This document shows, one piece after another, positions 9,903-20,191 of a stretch of DNA of 64,000 nucleotides. The translations under genes were made by a program, and so were the position numbers. This stretch comes from an uncultured Gemmatimonadaceae bacterium (GTDB lineage Bacteria > Gemmatimonadota > Gemmatimonadetes > Gemmatimonadales > Gemmatimonadaceae). The DNA lies in assembly GCA_963716745.1 (NCBI GenBank), contig OY970320.1, positions 160,001 through 224,000 of the forward strand, given 5' to 3'. The first letter of the stretch is position 1. Each line of letters begins with the position of its first letter. The notes under the pieces were generated by a model that ran no database searches, had not been told where the DNA came from, and saw only the letters and a list, made by a program, of their open reading frames with translations.

Positions 9903-10831
9903 TCACCGCGTTCGCGTTCGCGCTGTTCCAGGTCGCCGCGGCCGCGCCCGTTCCGGTGGCGGCTCCAGTGGCCGCACCCGCGATCTCGTGGACCGTATCG
10001 CCCGATACGGTGACGATCGCGGAGCCGTTCGTCGTGACGATCACGATCCGCGCGCCGCTGAAATCGGTCATCGCGTTCCCCGCGGGTCCCGACACGGCGC
10101 AAACGCTCGAGGCGGTGGACCCGCCCATCGTGAAGTTCGATCTCGACAGCGCGGGCGCGCCGGTGCGCATTGCGGTGTACCGCCTGCAAGCGTGGCAGAC
10201 GGGCGCGCAATCGCTCACGGTGCCGGTGAAGGTGGATGTCGGTACGGGCGCGCAAACGGTGGAAGCGCATCCCGCCGTGTTCGTGCGTTCGGTGCTGCCG
10301 GCCGATACATCGCTCCGTGTTCCGAAGCCGGCGCTCACGGTGCTGCCGTCGCCGTTCGTATGGTGGCCGTGGGCGCTCGGCGCGGCGCTCGTGCTCTTGG
10401 GCGTCGCGATGCTCTGGCGCCGGCGGAGACGCCGCCGCGCCGCGAAGCCGCCGCCATCGCCGCTCAGCATCGCGGAAGCGGCGCTCGCGCGCATCGACAC
10501 GCTTGGCCTGCTCGAGGCGGGCGAGCCGAGCCGGTTCGTCGCGCTGCACGCGGACGTGCTGCGCGGTTACTTGAGCACCCGCGTGGCGGTCGTCTCGCGC
10601 TCGATGACGACCGGCGAACTCGTGCACGCGCTGTTCGGCCGCGCGCTGCCGCTCAACCGGGTGGCGGCGGTGCTCGAGGAGGCGGATCAGATCCAGTTCG
10701 CGCGGCGCCCCGTGACCGCGGTGCGCGCCAAGGAGATCGCGAAGGAGGTGCGTACGCTGCTCACGCTCTCCGATGACGCGTTCGCGCGCGACGTGATCGT
10801 GCCGCCGGCGTCGCCCAAGAGGGTCGCATGA
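9899..10831 (+). CDS. Bat-cluster membrane protein (Ig-like domain plus TM)
   Basis: Signal peptide, beta-rich domain, TM followed by poly-Arg; lies between DUF58 and BatA. Confidence 0.7.
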   Translation: MITAFAFALFQVAAAAPVPVAAPVAAPAISWTVSPDTVTIAEPFVVTITIRAPLKSVIAFPAGPDTAQTLEAVDPPIVKFDLDSAGAPVRIAVYRLQAWQTGAQSLTVPVKVDVGTGAQTVEAHPAVFVRSVLPADTSLRVPKPALTVLPSPFVWWPWALGAALVLLGVAMLWRRRRRRRAAKPPPSPLSIAEAALARIDTLGLLEAGEPSRFVALHADVLRGYLSTRVAVVSRSMTTGELVHALFGRALPLNRVAAVLEEADQIQFARRPVTAVRAKEIAKEVRTLLTLSDDAFARDVIVPPASPKRVA

Positions 10832-11823
10832 TCCCCGCGCTCCCCGACTTCTTCTTCGGCTCGCCGTGGGCGCTCGTGCTGCTGCTCCTCCTGCCGGCGT
10901 GGTGGATCGCGCGCCGCTCGCGCCGGCCGCCCGCCATCGTCTTCTCGCGCGCCGATGTGCTCGGCCGCTTGCCGCAGCGGGGACGCGGCGTGGCGGCGGC
11001 GCTGTTCGTGCTCCGGAATCTTCTGCTCGCCGGCCTGATCATCGCGCTCGCGCGCCCGCGCACCGGTTCGCGCGCCGAGCCGATCACCACCGAGGGGATC
11101 AACATTGTCCTCGCGATCGACCTTTCGAGCTCCATGCTCTCGGAGGACTTCCAGCCGCAGAACCGGCTGGAAGTGGTGAAGGATCGGGTGAAGCAGTTCA
11201 TCCTCGGCCGCCACAGCGATCGCATTGGCGTGGTCGCGTTCGCCAGCGAGGCGCTGACGCAGGTGCCGCTCACCGTCGACTATCCGGTGCTGCTCACGGC
11301 CGTCGACAACCTGCAGTCCGGCCAGCTCGACGACGGCACCGCCATCGGCACCGCGATCGCCACCGCCACGAATCGCCTGCGGGATGCACCGGGAAGGTCG
11401 AAGGTGCTCATCCTGCTCACCGACGGCGAGAACAATCGCGGTGCCATCGATCCGCGCACCGCCGCGCAGGCGGCCGCGGCGATGGGCGTGAAGATCTACA
11501 CCATCGGCGCCGGCACGCAGGGCATGGCGCCGGTGCCCGTGGGCAAGGGACTCATGGGGATCCGCTATGAGTACCGCCCCGTCGAGATCGACGAGGACTT
11601 GTTGCGCGACGTGGCACGCACCACCGGCGGCCGCTACTTCCGCGCCGTGGACGGCGCCGCGCTCGAGCACATCTATCAGCAGATCGATCTCCTCGAGCGC
11701 GAGCCGGTGCGGGCGCGCACGTACGTGCACTTCGCGGAGGAGTACCATTGGCCGCTCGGCGCCGCGCTCCTCGCGATGTCGCTCGAGGTGCTGCTCCTCT
11801 TCTGGCGGGGGCCGCTCCCGTGA
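10828..11823 (+). CDS. batA: BatA-like vWA domain protein
   Basis: IIALARP, MIDAS DLSSSM, GTAIGTAIA, ILLTDGENN. Confidence 0.88.
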   Translation: MIPALPDFFFGSPWALVLLLLLPAWWIARRSRRPPAIVFSRADVLGRLPQRGRGVAAALFVLRNLLLAGLIIALARPRTGSRAEPITTEGINIVLAIDLSSSMLSEDFQPQNRLEVVKDRVKQFILGRHSDRIGVVAFASEALTQVPLTVDYPVLLTAVDNLQSGQLDDGTAIGTAIATATNRLRDAPGRSKVLILLTDGENNRGAIDPRTAAQAAAAMGVKIYTIGAGTQGMAPVPVGKGLMGIRYEYRPVEIDEDLLRDVARTTGGRYFRAVDGAALEHIYQQIDLLEREPVRARTYVHFAEEYHWPLGAALLAMSLEVLLLFWRGPLP

Positions 11824-13484
11824 GCACGATCGTCGAGTATCCGTGGGCGCTCTTCGCCGCGCCGGCATTCGCGCTCGGCATCGCGCTGCTGCTCTGGCTC
11901 GCGTTCCGCCGCCGCGCGAGCCGGCTCGCGCGACTGGGCACGGGTTCGCTCATCGCGCGCCTGATGCCGCCCGCCGCGATGCACGCGCCCTGGCCGCGCA
12001 TCGTGCTGCTCGGGCTTGCCGCCGCGTGCGGTGCGGTCGCGTACGCCGGTCCGCGCTGGGGGATGGAGACCACGGTGCAGCGGGCCACCGGCGTGGACGT
12101 GGTGCTCGTGCTCGATGCCTCGCTCTCGATGATGGCCGAGGATGAGCGGCCGAATCGCCTCGAGCGCATGAAGGAGGAAGCGCGCCGCTTCCTCGCGCTC
12201 GCCGGCGGCGACCGCATCGGTCTCATTGCGTTCGCGGGACGGAGCTATGTGCTCTCGCCGCTCACCGTGGACCATGGCGCGCTGGAATTGTTCATCGACA
12301 ATCTCGATCCGTCGGTCGTGGGGCAGGCCGGCAGCTCCATCTCGCGCGCGATCGACATGGGCACCGAACTCCTGCTCGCCACTCCCGGCGCGAGCGACAA
12401 GGCGCTCATCATCATGAGCGATGGCGAGGCGTTCGACGGCGACGATGAGATCCAGGCCGCCGCGCGCCGCGCCGAGAAGTCCGAGATCACCGTTGTGACC
12501 GTCGGCTTCGGGCGCGAAGCCGGCGCGACGATCCCGATGCCGGCGATCGGCGGCGGCACCACGCCGAAGCGCGATGCCGACAACAAGGTCGTGGTCACAC
12601 ACTACACCCCGGCCACGCTGCAGGAGCTCGCCGGCGATCACGGCACGTTCATCCCGGCACAGGCGACGGACAAAGCGGCGCGGGTGCGACAAGCGCTGGC
12701 CGCGTTGCGCGCGACGGGCCGCGACGCGCAGCGCGCCACCGACCGGCGCGCGCGATTCCAGCTCTTCCTCATTCCCGCCGTGCTCCTCGCGCTCTTCGAC
12801 ACGATGCTGGCGGAGCGGCGCGGCCGCCGCCGGCCCGCGGCCGCGGCTTCTACGACGGCCGTCGCGGCGGTGCTCCTGCTCGCATTCATGCCGCAGGCCG
12901 CGTCGGCGCAAGCGCGCACCGGCGACAAACTCTACGCGGCCGGGCTCTATCGCGAAGCGGCGGACGCGTACTCGCGCGCGATGCAGGATGGCAAACCCAC
13001 GCCGCGCCTCGAGTACGATCTCGGCACGTCGCTGCTCGCCGCCGGTCAATCGGGACAAGTGGGGTTGAGCGACGAGGCGGCGTCGGCGCTGGAGCGCGCG
13101 GCCGCCGAGTCGAAGGATCTCGGGATCCGGTACAGCGCGCTGTACAACCTCGGCCTCGTGTACCTGCTCGCGGGGCGCGCATCGAAAGGCCCGGAGGAAG
13201 CTTCGCAAGCGTTCGCGGCATCCACCGCAGCGTACCGTCGAGCGCTGCGCCTGCGCCCCGACGATGCCGACGCGAAATGGAACTACGAACTGGCGAACAA
13301 CGAACGGAAATCGAACGGCGGCGGGCAGCGTCCGAGCGGCGGACCGCCCAAACCGAGCCAGGCGCTCGATCCGCGGCAGGCGCAGCAATTGCTCAACAGC
13401 GCCCAGCGCGAGGAGCGCGAGGCGCAGGCGAAGAAACAGAAGCAGAACGCGCCTGACCGCCCGCCGGGAGGGAAGGACTGGTGA
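11820..13484 (+). CDS. BatB-like vWA protein fused to a BatC-like TPR domain
   Basis: GPRWG, DASLSM, SDGE; TPR motifs ALYNLG and DAKWNYELA; ends ...GKDW. Confidence 0.85.
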   Translation: MSTIVEYPWALFAAPAFALGIALLLWLAFRRRASRLARLGTGSLIARLMPPAAMHAPWPRIVLLGLAAACGAVAYAGPRWGMETTVQRATGVDVVLVLDASLSMMAEDERPNRLERMKEEARRFLALAGGDRIGLIAFAGRSYVLSPLTVDHGALELFIDNLDPSVVGQAGSSISRAIDMGTELLLATPGASDKALIIMSDGEAFDGDDEIQAAARRAEKSEITVVTVGFGREAGATIPMPAIGGGTTPKRDADNKVVVTHYTPATLQELAGDHGTFIPAQATDKAARVRQALAALRATGRDAQRATDRRARFQLFLIPAVLLALFDTMLAERRGRRRPAAAASTTAVAAVLLLAFMPQAASAQARTGDKLYAAGLYREAADAYSRAMQDGKPTPRLEYDLGTSLLAAGQSGQVGLSDEAASALERAAAESKDLGIRYSALYNLGLVYLLAGRASKGPEEASQAFAASTAAYRRALRLRPDDADAKWNYELANNERKSNGGGQRPSGGPPKPSQALDPRQAQQLLNSAQREEREAQAKKQKQNAPDRPPGGKDW

Positions 13485-15574
13485 GCGCGCTGCTCCTCAC
13501 GTTGTCGCTGCTCGCGGGCGCCGCGCGCGATACGCTGCATCGGCCGGCGGCGGTGGTGCGCGCGCCGCTCGACACGGCGCAGGTCGTGAATTTCCGCACG
13601 ATGATCGAGCCGGACACCGTGTTCGTCGGACAGCAGGCGACGTACGAGTTCGGCGCGTTCGTGGATGAATCGGTGCGCGACCGGTTGCGCCGCATGGAAG
13701 AGGTCCCGCCGGAGTTGCGCGGCGTGATGGCGTACGAGCCGCCCGCGAACATGAGCGGCTTCCCGATGGCGCCCGTGGGGCGCCGCCGCTACGAAGCGCA
13801 CGTGAGTTTGCGCGCGATCTTTCCGCTGGCGCCCGGACGCTATGCGGTGGCGCCGGCGCGCCTTGTGTACGCGATGCCGCTCTCGTACAGCTTCTTCAGC
13901 CGCGAGGAGAGTTTCGAACTCCGCAGCGACAGCGCCGTGTTCATCGCGATCGATCCGCCGGCCGCCGGTCGCCCGGCCGACTGGAGTGGCGCCGTGGGCG
14001 TGCTGCGCGTGGACGCGCGCCTCGACACGCTCGCGGCACGCGTGGGCGACGCGATGCATCTCACGGTGCGCGTGATGGGCATCGGCAACGTGAAGCTCTT
14101 CCCGCGGCCGGCCATCGACATCGCGTGGGCGAACGCGATCCCGGCCGGTGAGCGAGTGATGCTCGCGCCCGACTCGATCACGATCCGCGGTACGAAGGAG
14201 TTCGACTGGGTGCTCACGCCCACGAGCGCGGGCCGCCAAACGCTCGCCGGCGTGCGCTATCCGTACTTCGATCCCTACCGCCGCCGCTACGACGTCGCGC
14301 TAAGCTCCGCAATGCCGGTGACGATCGCTGCCGGCTCGCTAGCGATGATCGATAGCGGCGCGGCGGCGCGGCCGCCGGTGTGGGCGGTGCGCGCGGAATA
14401 CCGCGGCGCGCTGCCCGTGCCGATCTATCTCACGGTGCCGTATCTCATGCTCATCGTGCTGCTGCCGGCGCCGGCCATCGCGTTCGCGATCGCGAACCGC
14501 CCGAAGCGCGAGCGGCGCAGGCGCCGCCGGCGCCCGCCCGAAGAACTGCTTCGCGAAATCGCGCGGCGCCCCGATGGCACGGATCTGAGCGCGCTGCGGC
14601 GCGCTTTCCTCGACGCGGTGAGCGCACGGCTGCGCGCTCCCGCGAATGCGCTCGCCGAGCCGGAGGCGATCCGGCGCGCCGCGCGGCGCGCCGGCACATC
14701 GGGCGCGACCGCGGCATCGGCCGCGACCTTCATCGCCGAGCTCAACACCGCGGCGTTCGCGCTCGAGGGCGAGCCCGTGCGCGGCGCGGGCGCGCGCGCG
14801 CTCAAGCTCTACGGCGCGATCGATGCGGAGGCGCGGCGCTGGCGCGCACGTGCGACGGTCGCCGTGCTCGCGATCTTCCTCGTCATCGGCGCGCACGGTA
14901 TCGCGGCGGCCGATCTCCCGGATCCCGCCGCGACCTTCGCCGACGGCGTTTCCGCGTACGCCGATCGCCACTACGCAGACGCCGCGAAGGATTTCGAAGC
15001 CGTCGCGGCGGATCAGCCGCGCGCCGCCGACGCCTGGGCGGACCTCGGCACCGCGTCATTCGCCGCCGGCGACACCGCTGGCGCCGTGCGCGGCTGGCAG
15101 CGCGCGCTGCGTCTCGAGCCGCTCGCGCCCGACATGCGCGAGCGCCTCGACATCATCTCACCGGCCGCGGCCACTTCGCCGGGCGCGGTGCCGCCGATCC
15201 CGCCGCTGCCGATCATCCTCATCGCATCCGCACTCTGGGCGGCGAGCTGGATCGCGATCGCGCTCCGCCTGCGCCGCCGTGAGCCGCTCGGCGGCGCCTC
15301 GATCGCGCTCACCGCCCTCGGCGCCGCGATCATTTGCGGCTCCGCCGGCGCGTTCCTCGAGCGCCGGTTGTCGCCGGCCGGCCTCTCGGTGCTGCGTCAC
15401 GATGCGCCGCTCCGCTTCCAGCCCGCGCTCGGCGGCGAGCGTGCCTCGGTGGTGCGTCTGGGCGAAACGGTGCGCATCCAGGCGCTCGATGGCGCGTGGG
15501 CGCGCGTCGTCGTCGACCGCGACCGCGACGGCTGGGTGCCGCGCGATGCGCTCCTCCCGCTCGCCGGCGATTGA
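13481..15574 (+). CDS. BatD-like protein fused to a BatE-like TPR/SH3 region
   Basis: WSGAVG, YPYFDP; TPR AWADLG...WQRALRLEP; C-terminal SH3b-like GWVP. Confidence 0.75.
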   Translation: MSALLLTLSLLAGAARDTLHRPAAVVRAPLDTAQVVNFRTMIEPDTVFVGQQATYEFGAFVDESVRDRLRRMEEVPPELRGVMAYEPPANMSGFPMAPVGRRRYEAHVSLRAIFPLAPGRYAVAPARLVYAMPLSYSFFSREESFELRSDSAVFIAIDPPAAGRPADWSGAVGVLRVDARLDTLAARVGDAMHLTVRVMGIGNVKLFPRPAIDIAWANAIPAGERVMLAPDSITIRGTKEFDWVLTPTSAGRQTLAGVRYPYFDPYRRRYDVALSSAMPVTIAAGSLAMIDSGAAARPPVWAVRAEYRGALPVPIYLTVPYLMLIVLLPAPAIAFAIANRPKRERRRRRRRPPEELLREIARRPDGTDLSALRRAFLDAVSARLRAPANALAEPEAIRRAARRAGTSGATAASAATFIAELNTAAFALEGEPVRGAGARALKLYGAIDAEARRWRARATVAVLAIFLVIGAHGIAAADLPDPAATFADGVSAYADRHYADAAKDFEAVAADQPRAADAWADLGTASFAAGDTAGAVRGWQRALRLEPLAPDMRERLDIISPAAATSPGAVPPIPPLPIILIASALWAASWIAIALRLRRREPLGGASIALTALGAAIICGSAGAFLERRLSPAGLSVLRHDAPLRFQPALGGERASVVRLGETVRIQALDGAWARVVVDRDRDGWVPRDALLPLAGD

Positions 15575-15600
15575 TTTTCGCTCGGCGCGCCGGGTAGCTT
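15571..15600 (+). promoter_or_regulatory. Promoter directly before mutL (leaderless-type)
   Basis: TTGATT-N18-TAGCTT, then 5 nt to ATG. Confidence 0.5.
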
Positions 15601-15605
15601 TGCGG

Positions 15606-17339
15606 ATGCCCCGCATTGCCGTTCTGCCGAGCGCCGTGATCGATCAGATCGCGGCCGGTGAGGTCGTCGAGCGCCCCGCCTCGGTGGTGAAGGAGCTGGT
15701 GGAGAACGCGCTGGACGCGGGGGCCACGGCGATCGAGATCGCGATCGACGAGGGCGGCCGCGCGCGCATCCGAGTCGCCGACGACGGATGCGGCATGGAG
15801 CGTGCGGATGCGTTGCTCGCGCTCGAGCGCCACGCGACGTCGAAGATCCGGGCGACGTCGGATCTCGTCGGCGTCGGCAGCTTCGGCTTCCGCGGCGAGG
15901 CGCTGCCTGCCATCGCGTCCGTGGCGGAGCTGGAGCTCGAGACCGCCGCGGCGGACGGTGCCGGCACGGCGCTTCGCTCCGTCGGCGGCACGCTCGGCCC
16001 GGTGGCCGACGCCGCTCGCCGGCGCGGCACGACGGTCACGGTCTCGCGGCTCTTCTTCAATTCGCCGGCACGCACGAAATTCCTTCGCTCGCCGCGCTCC
16101 GAGTCGCGCGGCATCGCCGACATCGTCACGACGCTCGCGCTCTCGCGGCGCGACGTGCGCCTCAACGTGGTGCGCGACGGCGAATCGGTGCTCGCGTTGC
16201 CCGCGGCGCCATCACTGCGCGCGCGCGTCGCGGCACTTTGGGGCGCGAAATTCGCGGAACGGCTAGTAGACGTGGACGACGTGAACGGCCCGGTGCGGGT
16301 GAGCGGCCTCGTGGAGCGGCCGCGCGACGTTGGCACCGCCGGCCGGCGGGTTTTCCTCTCCGTGAACGGCCGCGCGATCCGCGACGGCGGGCTCGTGCGC
16401 GCCGCCGAGGCCGCGTACCGCTCGACGATCCCGGCCGGCACGCGGCCCTCGCTCGTGCTCGAACTCGTGGTGCCGGTGGATCGCGTGGATGTGAACGTGC
16501 ACCCGACCAAGGCCGAGGTGCGCTTCCACGAGCGGTGGCCAGTGGAGCGCGCGGTGGAGCATGCGGTGCGCCGTGCGCTCGGCGTCACGGCGAGCGCGGC
16601 CGCATTCGGCGCGCGCGCGTGGCCCGAGCCGTCCTTCGGCGGCGCGATGCCCGTGGATGTTGAGGCGCTTCGCCCGGCACCTGGCGATGAGCCCGGATCG
16701 CTCGGCGCGTTCGACGAGGCGCGCGAGACGGAGAACGGCGGCGCAACGGCTGCCGTGGTGGAAGAGGTCGTCGTGCCACCGCTCACGCAGCTGCGCCGCA
16801 CCTACCTCATGTGCGAGATCGATGGCGGTGTGCTGCTCATCGACCAGCATTCGGCGCACGAGCGCGTGCTGTACGAACAGTTCATGCACACGCTCGCGAG
16901 CGGGCGCGAGCCATCGCAGCGCCTGCTCTTTCCGCTCACGCTGCATCTCGGGCCGGCGGAAGGGGAAGCGTTCGAGGAGAACCGGGAGATCTTCGAGAAG
17001 CTCGGCTTCGAGATCGAGGGCTTCGGCGGCCACACGCTCATCGTGAACGCCGTGCCGATGCCCCATCCGCGCTTCGATGCGGAGCGCTGCCTGCGCGACA
17101 CCCTTGGCGCGCTCACCGGCGACCGCACGGCATCCGGGCTCGCGCGGCATGAGCGGCTCGCCGCGACCATCGCGTGCAAGGCCGCGGTGAAGGCGGGCGA
17201 CGAACTCGCACCGAGCGAGATGCGCGCATTGTATACGTCGCTCGCGCGCACGACGCTGCCCGCGCACGACGTGCACGGCCGAGCGACGATCGTGCAGTTG
17301 GGTTGGGATGAACTCGAGCGGCGCTTTGGCCGGCAATAG
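15606..17339 (+). CDS. mutL: DNA mismatch repair endonuclease MutL
   Basis: IAAGEVVERPASVVKELVEN, GFRGEAL, DVNVHPTKAEV, DQHSAHERVLYE, ACK. Confidence 0.97.
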   Translation: MPRIAVLPSAVIDQIAAGEVVERPASVVKELVENALDAGATAIEIAIDEGGRARIRVADDGCGMERADALLALERHATSKIRATSDLVGVGSFGFRGEALPAIASVAELELETAAADGAGTALRSVGGTLGPVADAARRRGTTVTVSRLFFNSPARTKFLRSPRSESRGIADIVTTLALSRRDVRLNVVRDGESVLALPAAPSLRARVAALWGAKFAERLVDVDDVNGPVRVSGLVERPRDVGTAGRRVFLSVNGRAIRDGGLVRAAEAAYRSTIPAGTRPSLVLELVVPVDRVDVNVHPTKAEVRFHERWPVERAVEHAVRRALGVTASAAAFGARAWPEPSFGGAMPVDVEALRPAPGDEPGSLGAFDEARETENGGATAAVVEEVVVPPLTQLRRTYLMCEIDGGVLLIDQHSAHERVLYEQFMHTLASGREPSQRLLFPLTLHLGPAEGEAFEENREIFEKLGFEIEGFGGHTLIVNAVPMPHPRFDAERCLRDTLGALTGDRTASGLARHERLAATIACKAAVKAGDELAPSEMRALYTSLARTTLPAHDVHGRATIVQLGWDELERRFGRQ

Positions 17340-18258
17340 ACTTCGCGTCATCTGCGGGCCCACGGGAGCGGGGAAGTCCGCCCTCGCGATCGCGCTCGCC
17401 GCGCAGCGCGACCTGATGATCTTGAGCGCCGACTCGCGCCAGATCTATCGCGGTTTCGACATCGGCACCGCGAAGCCCACAGCTGAAGAGCGCGATCTCA
17501 TCCCGCATCGCGGGATCGATGTCGTCGAGCCCGGCGAACGTTTCTCGGCGGCGTCGTGGGCGGCGGCGGCGCGCGAGTGGATTGCAGAGGCCGTCCCGAT
17601 GGGGCGCACACCGGTCGTCGTCGGCGGCACCGGTTTCTACATTCGTGCGCTCACCGCACCGCTCTTCGAGGAACCGCCACTCGATCCCGAGCAACGCGCG
17701 GAGCTCGCCGGGGAGTTGGCCAAGCTCTCGATCGCCGAATTGCGGCGCCGCGTCGAGCAAGTCGATCCGGCGCGCGCGCGGCTCGGTCGCGCACAACTGC
17801 TGCGCGCACTCGAGGTCGCGACGCTCACCGGGACGCCGATCTCCACGTGGCACGAGCGCGGCGCCGCCGGCGCGCCTGGTGTGCCCGCGCGGTATCTTGT
17901 CGTGGACCCCGGCACCGTTCTGCGCGATTGGATCGCCGATCGCGCGGAGGGGATGTTCGAGGGCGGCTGGGCGGAGGAAGTCGCCGCGCTCGCTGAGACC
18001 GTGCCCGACGACGCCCCGGCGTGGAACGCGACCGGCTATGCGGTGATTCGTGACGTGGTGCGCGGGACGATCGATCGCGAAGAGGCGCTGGCGCTCGTGA
18101 CGATCGCCACGCGGCAGTATGCGAAACGGCAGCGCACCTGGTTCCGGCACCAGATCGCGGACCAGGATGTCACACGGATCGACCCTCGCAGCGAGGATGT
18201 GCTCGAGCGGGCGCTGGCCTGGTGGGATGCGGACGACGACCGAGGAACCGGCACGTGA
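17308..18258 (+). CDS. miaA: tRNA dimethylallyltransferase
   Basis: GPTGAGKS, SADSRQIYRGFDIGTAKP, TRQYAKRQRTWFR; start uncertain. Confidence 0.95.
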   Translation: MNSSGALAGNRLRVICGPTGAGKSALAIALAAQRDLMILSADSRQIYRGFDIGTAKPTAEERDLIPHRGIDVVEPGERFSAASWAAAAREWIAEAVPMGRTPVVVGGTGFYIRALTAPLFEEPPLDPEQRAELAGELAKLSIAELRRRVEQVDPARARLGRAQLLRALEVATLTGTPISTWHERGAAGAPGVPARYLVVDPGTVLRDWIADRAEGMFEGGWAEEVAALAETVPDDAPAWNATGYAVIRDVVRGTIDREEALALVTIATRQYAKRQRTWFRHQIADQDVTRIDPRSEDVLERALAWWDADDDRGTGT

Positions 18259-19382
18259 AGATCGGCATCACCTGCTACCCCACCTACGGCGGCTCGGGCG
18301 CCGTCGCGACCGAGCTGGGCATCGCACTCGCGGCGCGCGGTCACGAAGTGCATTTCATCACGTACAAGCAGCCGTTCCGGCTCCCGTCGTTCCTGCCGCG
18401 CGTCTTCTTCCACGAAGTGGACGTGCTGCGCTATCCGCTGTTCGAGTTCCCGCCCTACGATCTCGCGCTCGCGGTGCGGATGCACGAGGTGGTGCGCGAT
18501 CACGATCTGCAATTGATCCACGCGCACTACGCCATTCCGCACGCGACGAGCGCGTGGATCGCGCGCGAGATGCTCGAGGATCAGGACCGGAGCGTGCGCA
18601 TCATCACGACGCTCCACGGCACCGACATCACGCTCGTGGGCCAGGACCCGAGCTTCCAGGCGATCACGAAATTCTCGATCGAGCGCTCCGATGGGCTGTC
18701 GGCCGTTTCCGAGTACCTGCGCAAGGAGACGTACACGGCGTTCGGCTGCTCCACATGCGCGGTGGACGTGATCCCGAACTTCATCGATCCCGCGGTATAT
18801 GATCGCGCGCTCTATCCGCCGTTGCTGCGCGAACAGGTCGGCGCCAAGAAGAAGATCCTGATCCACGTGTCGAACTTCCGGCCGGTGAAGCGCGTGCGCG
18901 ACATCGTGCGCATCTTCGCAGGCGTGCAGCGCGAACTGCCGTCGGCCCTCGTGATGGTGGGCGACGGCCCCGATCGCGGCGCCGCGGAGCAGGAAGCGCG
19001 CGACCTGGGCGTGCACGAGCACGTGTACTTCCTCGGCAAGCTCGACGCCGTCGCACCGCTGCTCGCGAGCGCCGACTTGTTCCTGCTGCCGAGTGAGAAC
19101 GAGTCGTTCGGACTCTCGGCGCTCGAAGCGCTGGCGTGCGGCGTGCCGGTCGTGTGTTCGAACGCGGGCGGGCTGCCCGAGGTCGTGCGCGAAGGCGTGA
19201 CCGGCTCGCTGCGCCCCGCGGGTGATGTGGACGGCATGGTCGCGGCCGCGCTGGCGATCCTGCGCGACCCCGCACGGTGGGCGACCATGAGCGCCGCGGC
19301 CGCGGCGGACGCGCGCGCGCGCTTCGCGCAGGATGAGATCGTCGCGCAGTACGAACGGTTCTATGAAGGCGTCCTCGGTTAG
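18255..19382 (+). CDS. bshA: N-acetyl-alpha-D-glucosaminyl L-malate synthase (bacillithiol biosynthesis, GT4)
   Basis: KIGITCYPTYGGSG, HAHYAIPHA, TTLHGTDITLVG, HVSNFRPVKR, ESFGLSALEA. Confidence 0.93.
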   Translation: MKIGITCYPTYGGSGAVATELGIALAARGHEVHFITYKQPFRLPSFLPRVFFHEVDVLRYPLFEFPPYDLALAVRMHEVVRDHDLQLIHAHYAIPHATSAWIAREMLEDQDRSVRIITTLHGTDITLVGQDPSFQAITKFSIERSDGLSAVSEYLRKETYTAFGCSTCAVDVIPNFIDPAVYDRALYPPLLREQVGAKKKILIHVSNFRPVKRVRDIVRIFAGVQRELPSALVMVGDGPDRGAAEQEARDLGVHEHVYFLGKLDAVAPLLASADLFLLPSENESFGLSALEALACGVPVVCSNAGGLPEVVREGVTGSLRPAGDVDGMVAAALAILRDPARWATMSAAAAADARARFAQDEIVAQYERFYEGVLG

Positions 19383-20172
19383 CGCCTATCTGGAACTCGC
19401 GCGCTGGCAGAATTGCCTCATCGCGGCGGCGGGCGTGTTGGTCGGGGCGTGGTGGGCGGGGTGGGGTCCGGTGGTCCCGATCGTGACCTTCGCGATCGCA
19501 GCGATCGCGTTCGCGGCATGCGGCAATGCCTTCGACGATGTGCGCGACGTGGAGATCGACCGGATCGTGCACCCGCAGCGCCCTATTCCTTCCGGCCGCA
19601 TCAGTCAACTCACGGCGCAGCGCTTCGCGATCATCGCCATGGTCATCGCCGTGGCGCTCGCTATCGCCGCGGCGCGATGGTTCTGGATGCCGGCGCTTCT
19701 GGTCGCGTTCCTCATGCTGAGCTATTCCCAGGAAATCAAGCCGCTCGGGATCCTTGGCAACGTGGTCGTCGCGATCTTGGGATCGCTCCCATTCCTGTTC
19801 GGTGCGGAGCTCGCGCGTGATCCTCGGGCCGGCGCGGTGCTCTTCAGCATTGCTCTCCCGTTCCACCTCGCGCGCGAGATCGCTAAGGACATCGATGACG
19901 TGCCGGGCGATCTTGGACATCGCCGGACCGTGCCGATCCGCTGGGGCCTGCCGGTCGCCCGCGCGCTGATCGTCGTCGCGCTCCTCCTGTTCGCGGTGCA
20001 GATTATCCCCGTCGCCCGTGCGCTCCCAATGCTCAAATGGCTGATCCTGCCGGCGCTCCTGCTCGCGGCGATCGGCGTCGCGCGATCGCTGCGTGGCCGT
20101 CCCGGTGCGCCACGCGCATTGAAGGCCGCGATGATCTGCACCATGGCCGCATTCGTGATCGCTCGCGTCTGA
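19363..20172 (+). CDS. UbiA-family prenyltransferase, DGGGP-synthase-like
   Basis: GNAFDDVRDVEIDRIVHPQRPIPSG and REIAKDIDDVPGD Asp-rich motifs; multi-TM. Confidence 0.8.
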   Translation: MKASSVSAYLELARWQNCLIAAAGVLVGAWWAGWGPVVPIVTFAIAAIAFAACGNAFDDVRDVEIDRIVHPQRPIPSGRISQLTAQRFAIIAMVIAVALAIAAARWFWMPALLVAFLMLSYSQEIKPLGILGNVVVAILGSLPFLFGAELARDPRAGAVLFSIALPFHLAREIAKDIDDVPGDLGHRRTVPIRWGLPVARALIVVALLLFAVQIIPVARALPMLKWLILPALLLAAIGVARSLRGRPGAPRALKAAMICTMAAFVIARV

Positions 20173-20191
20173 CCAACTCGTTCCCCTCGCG

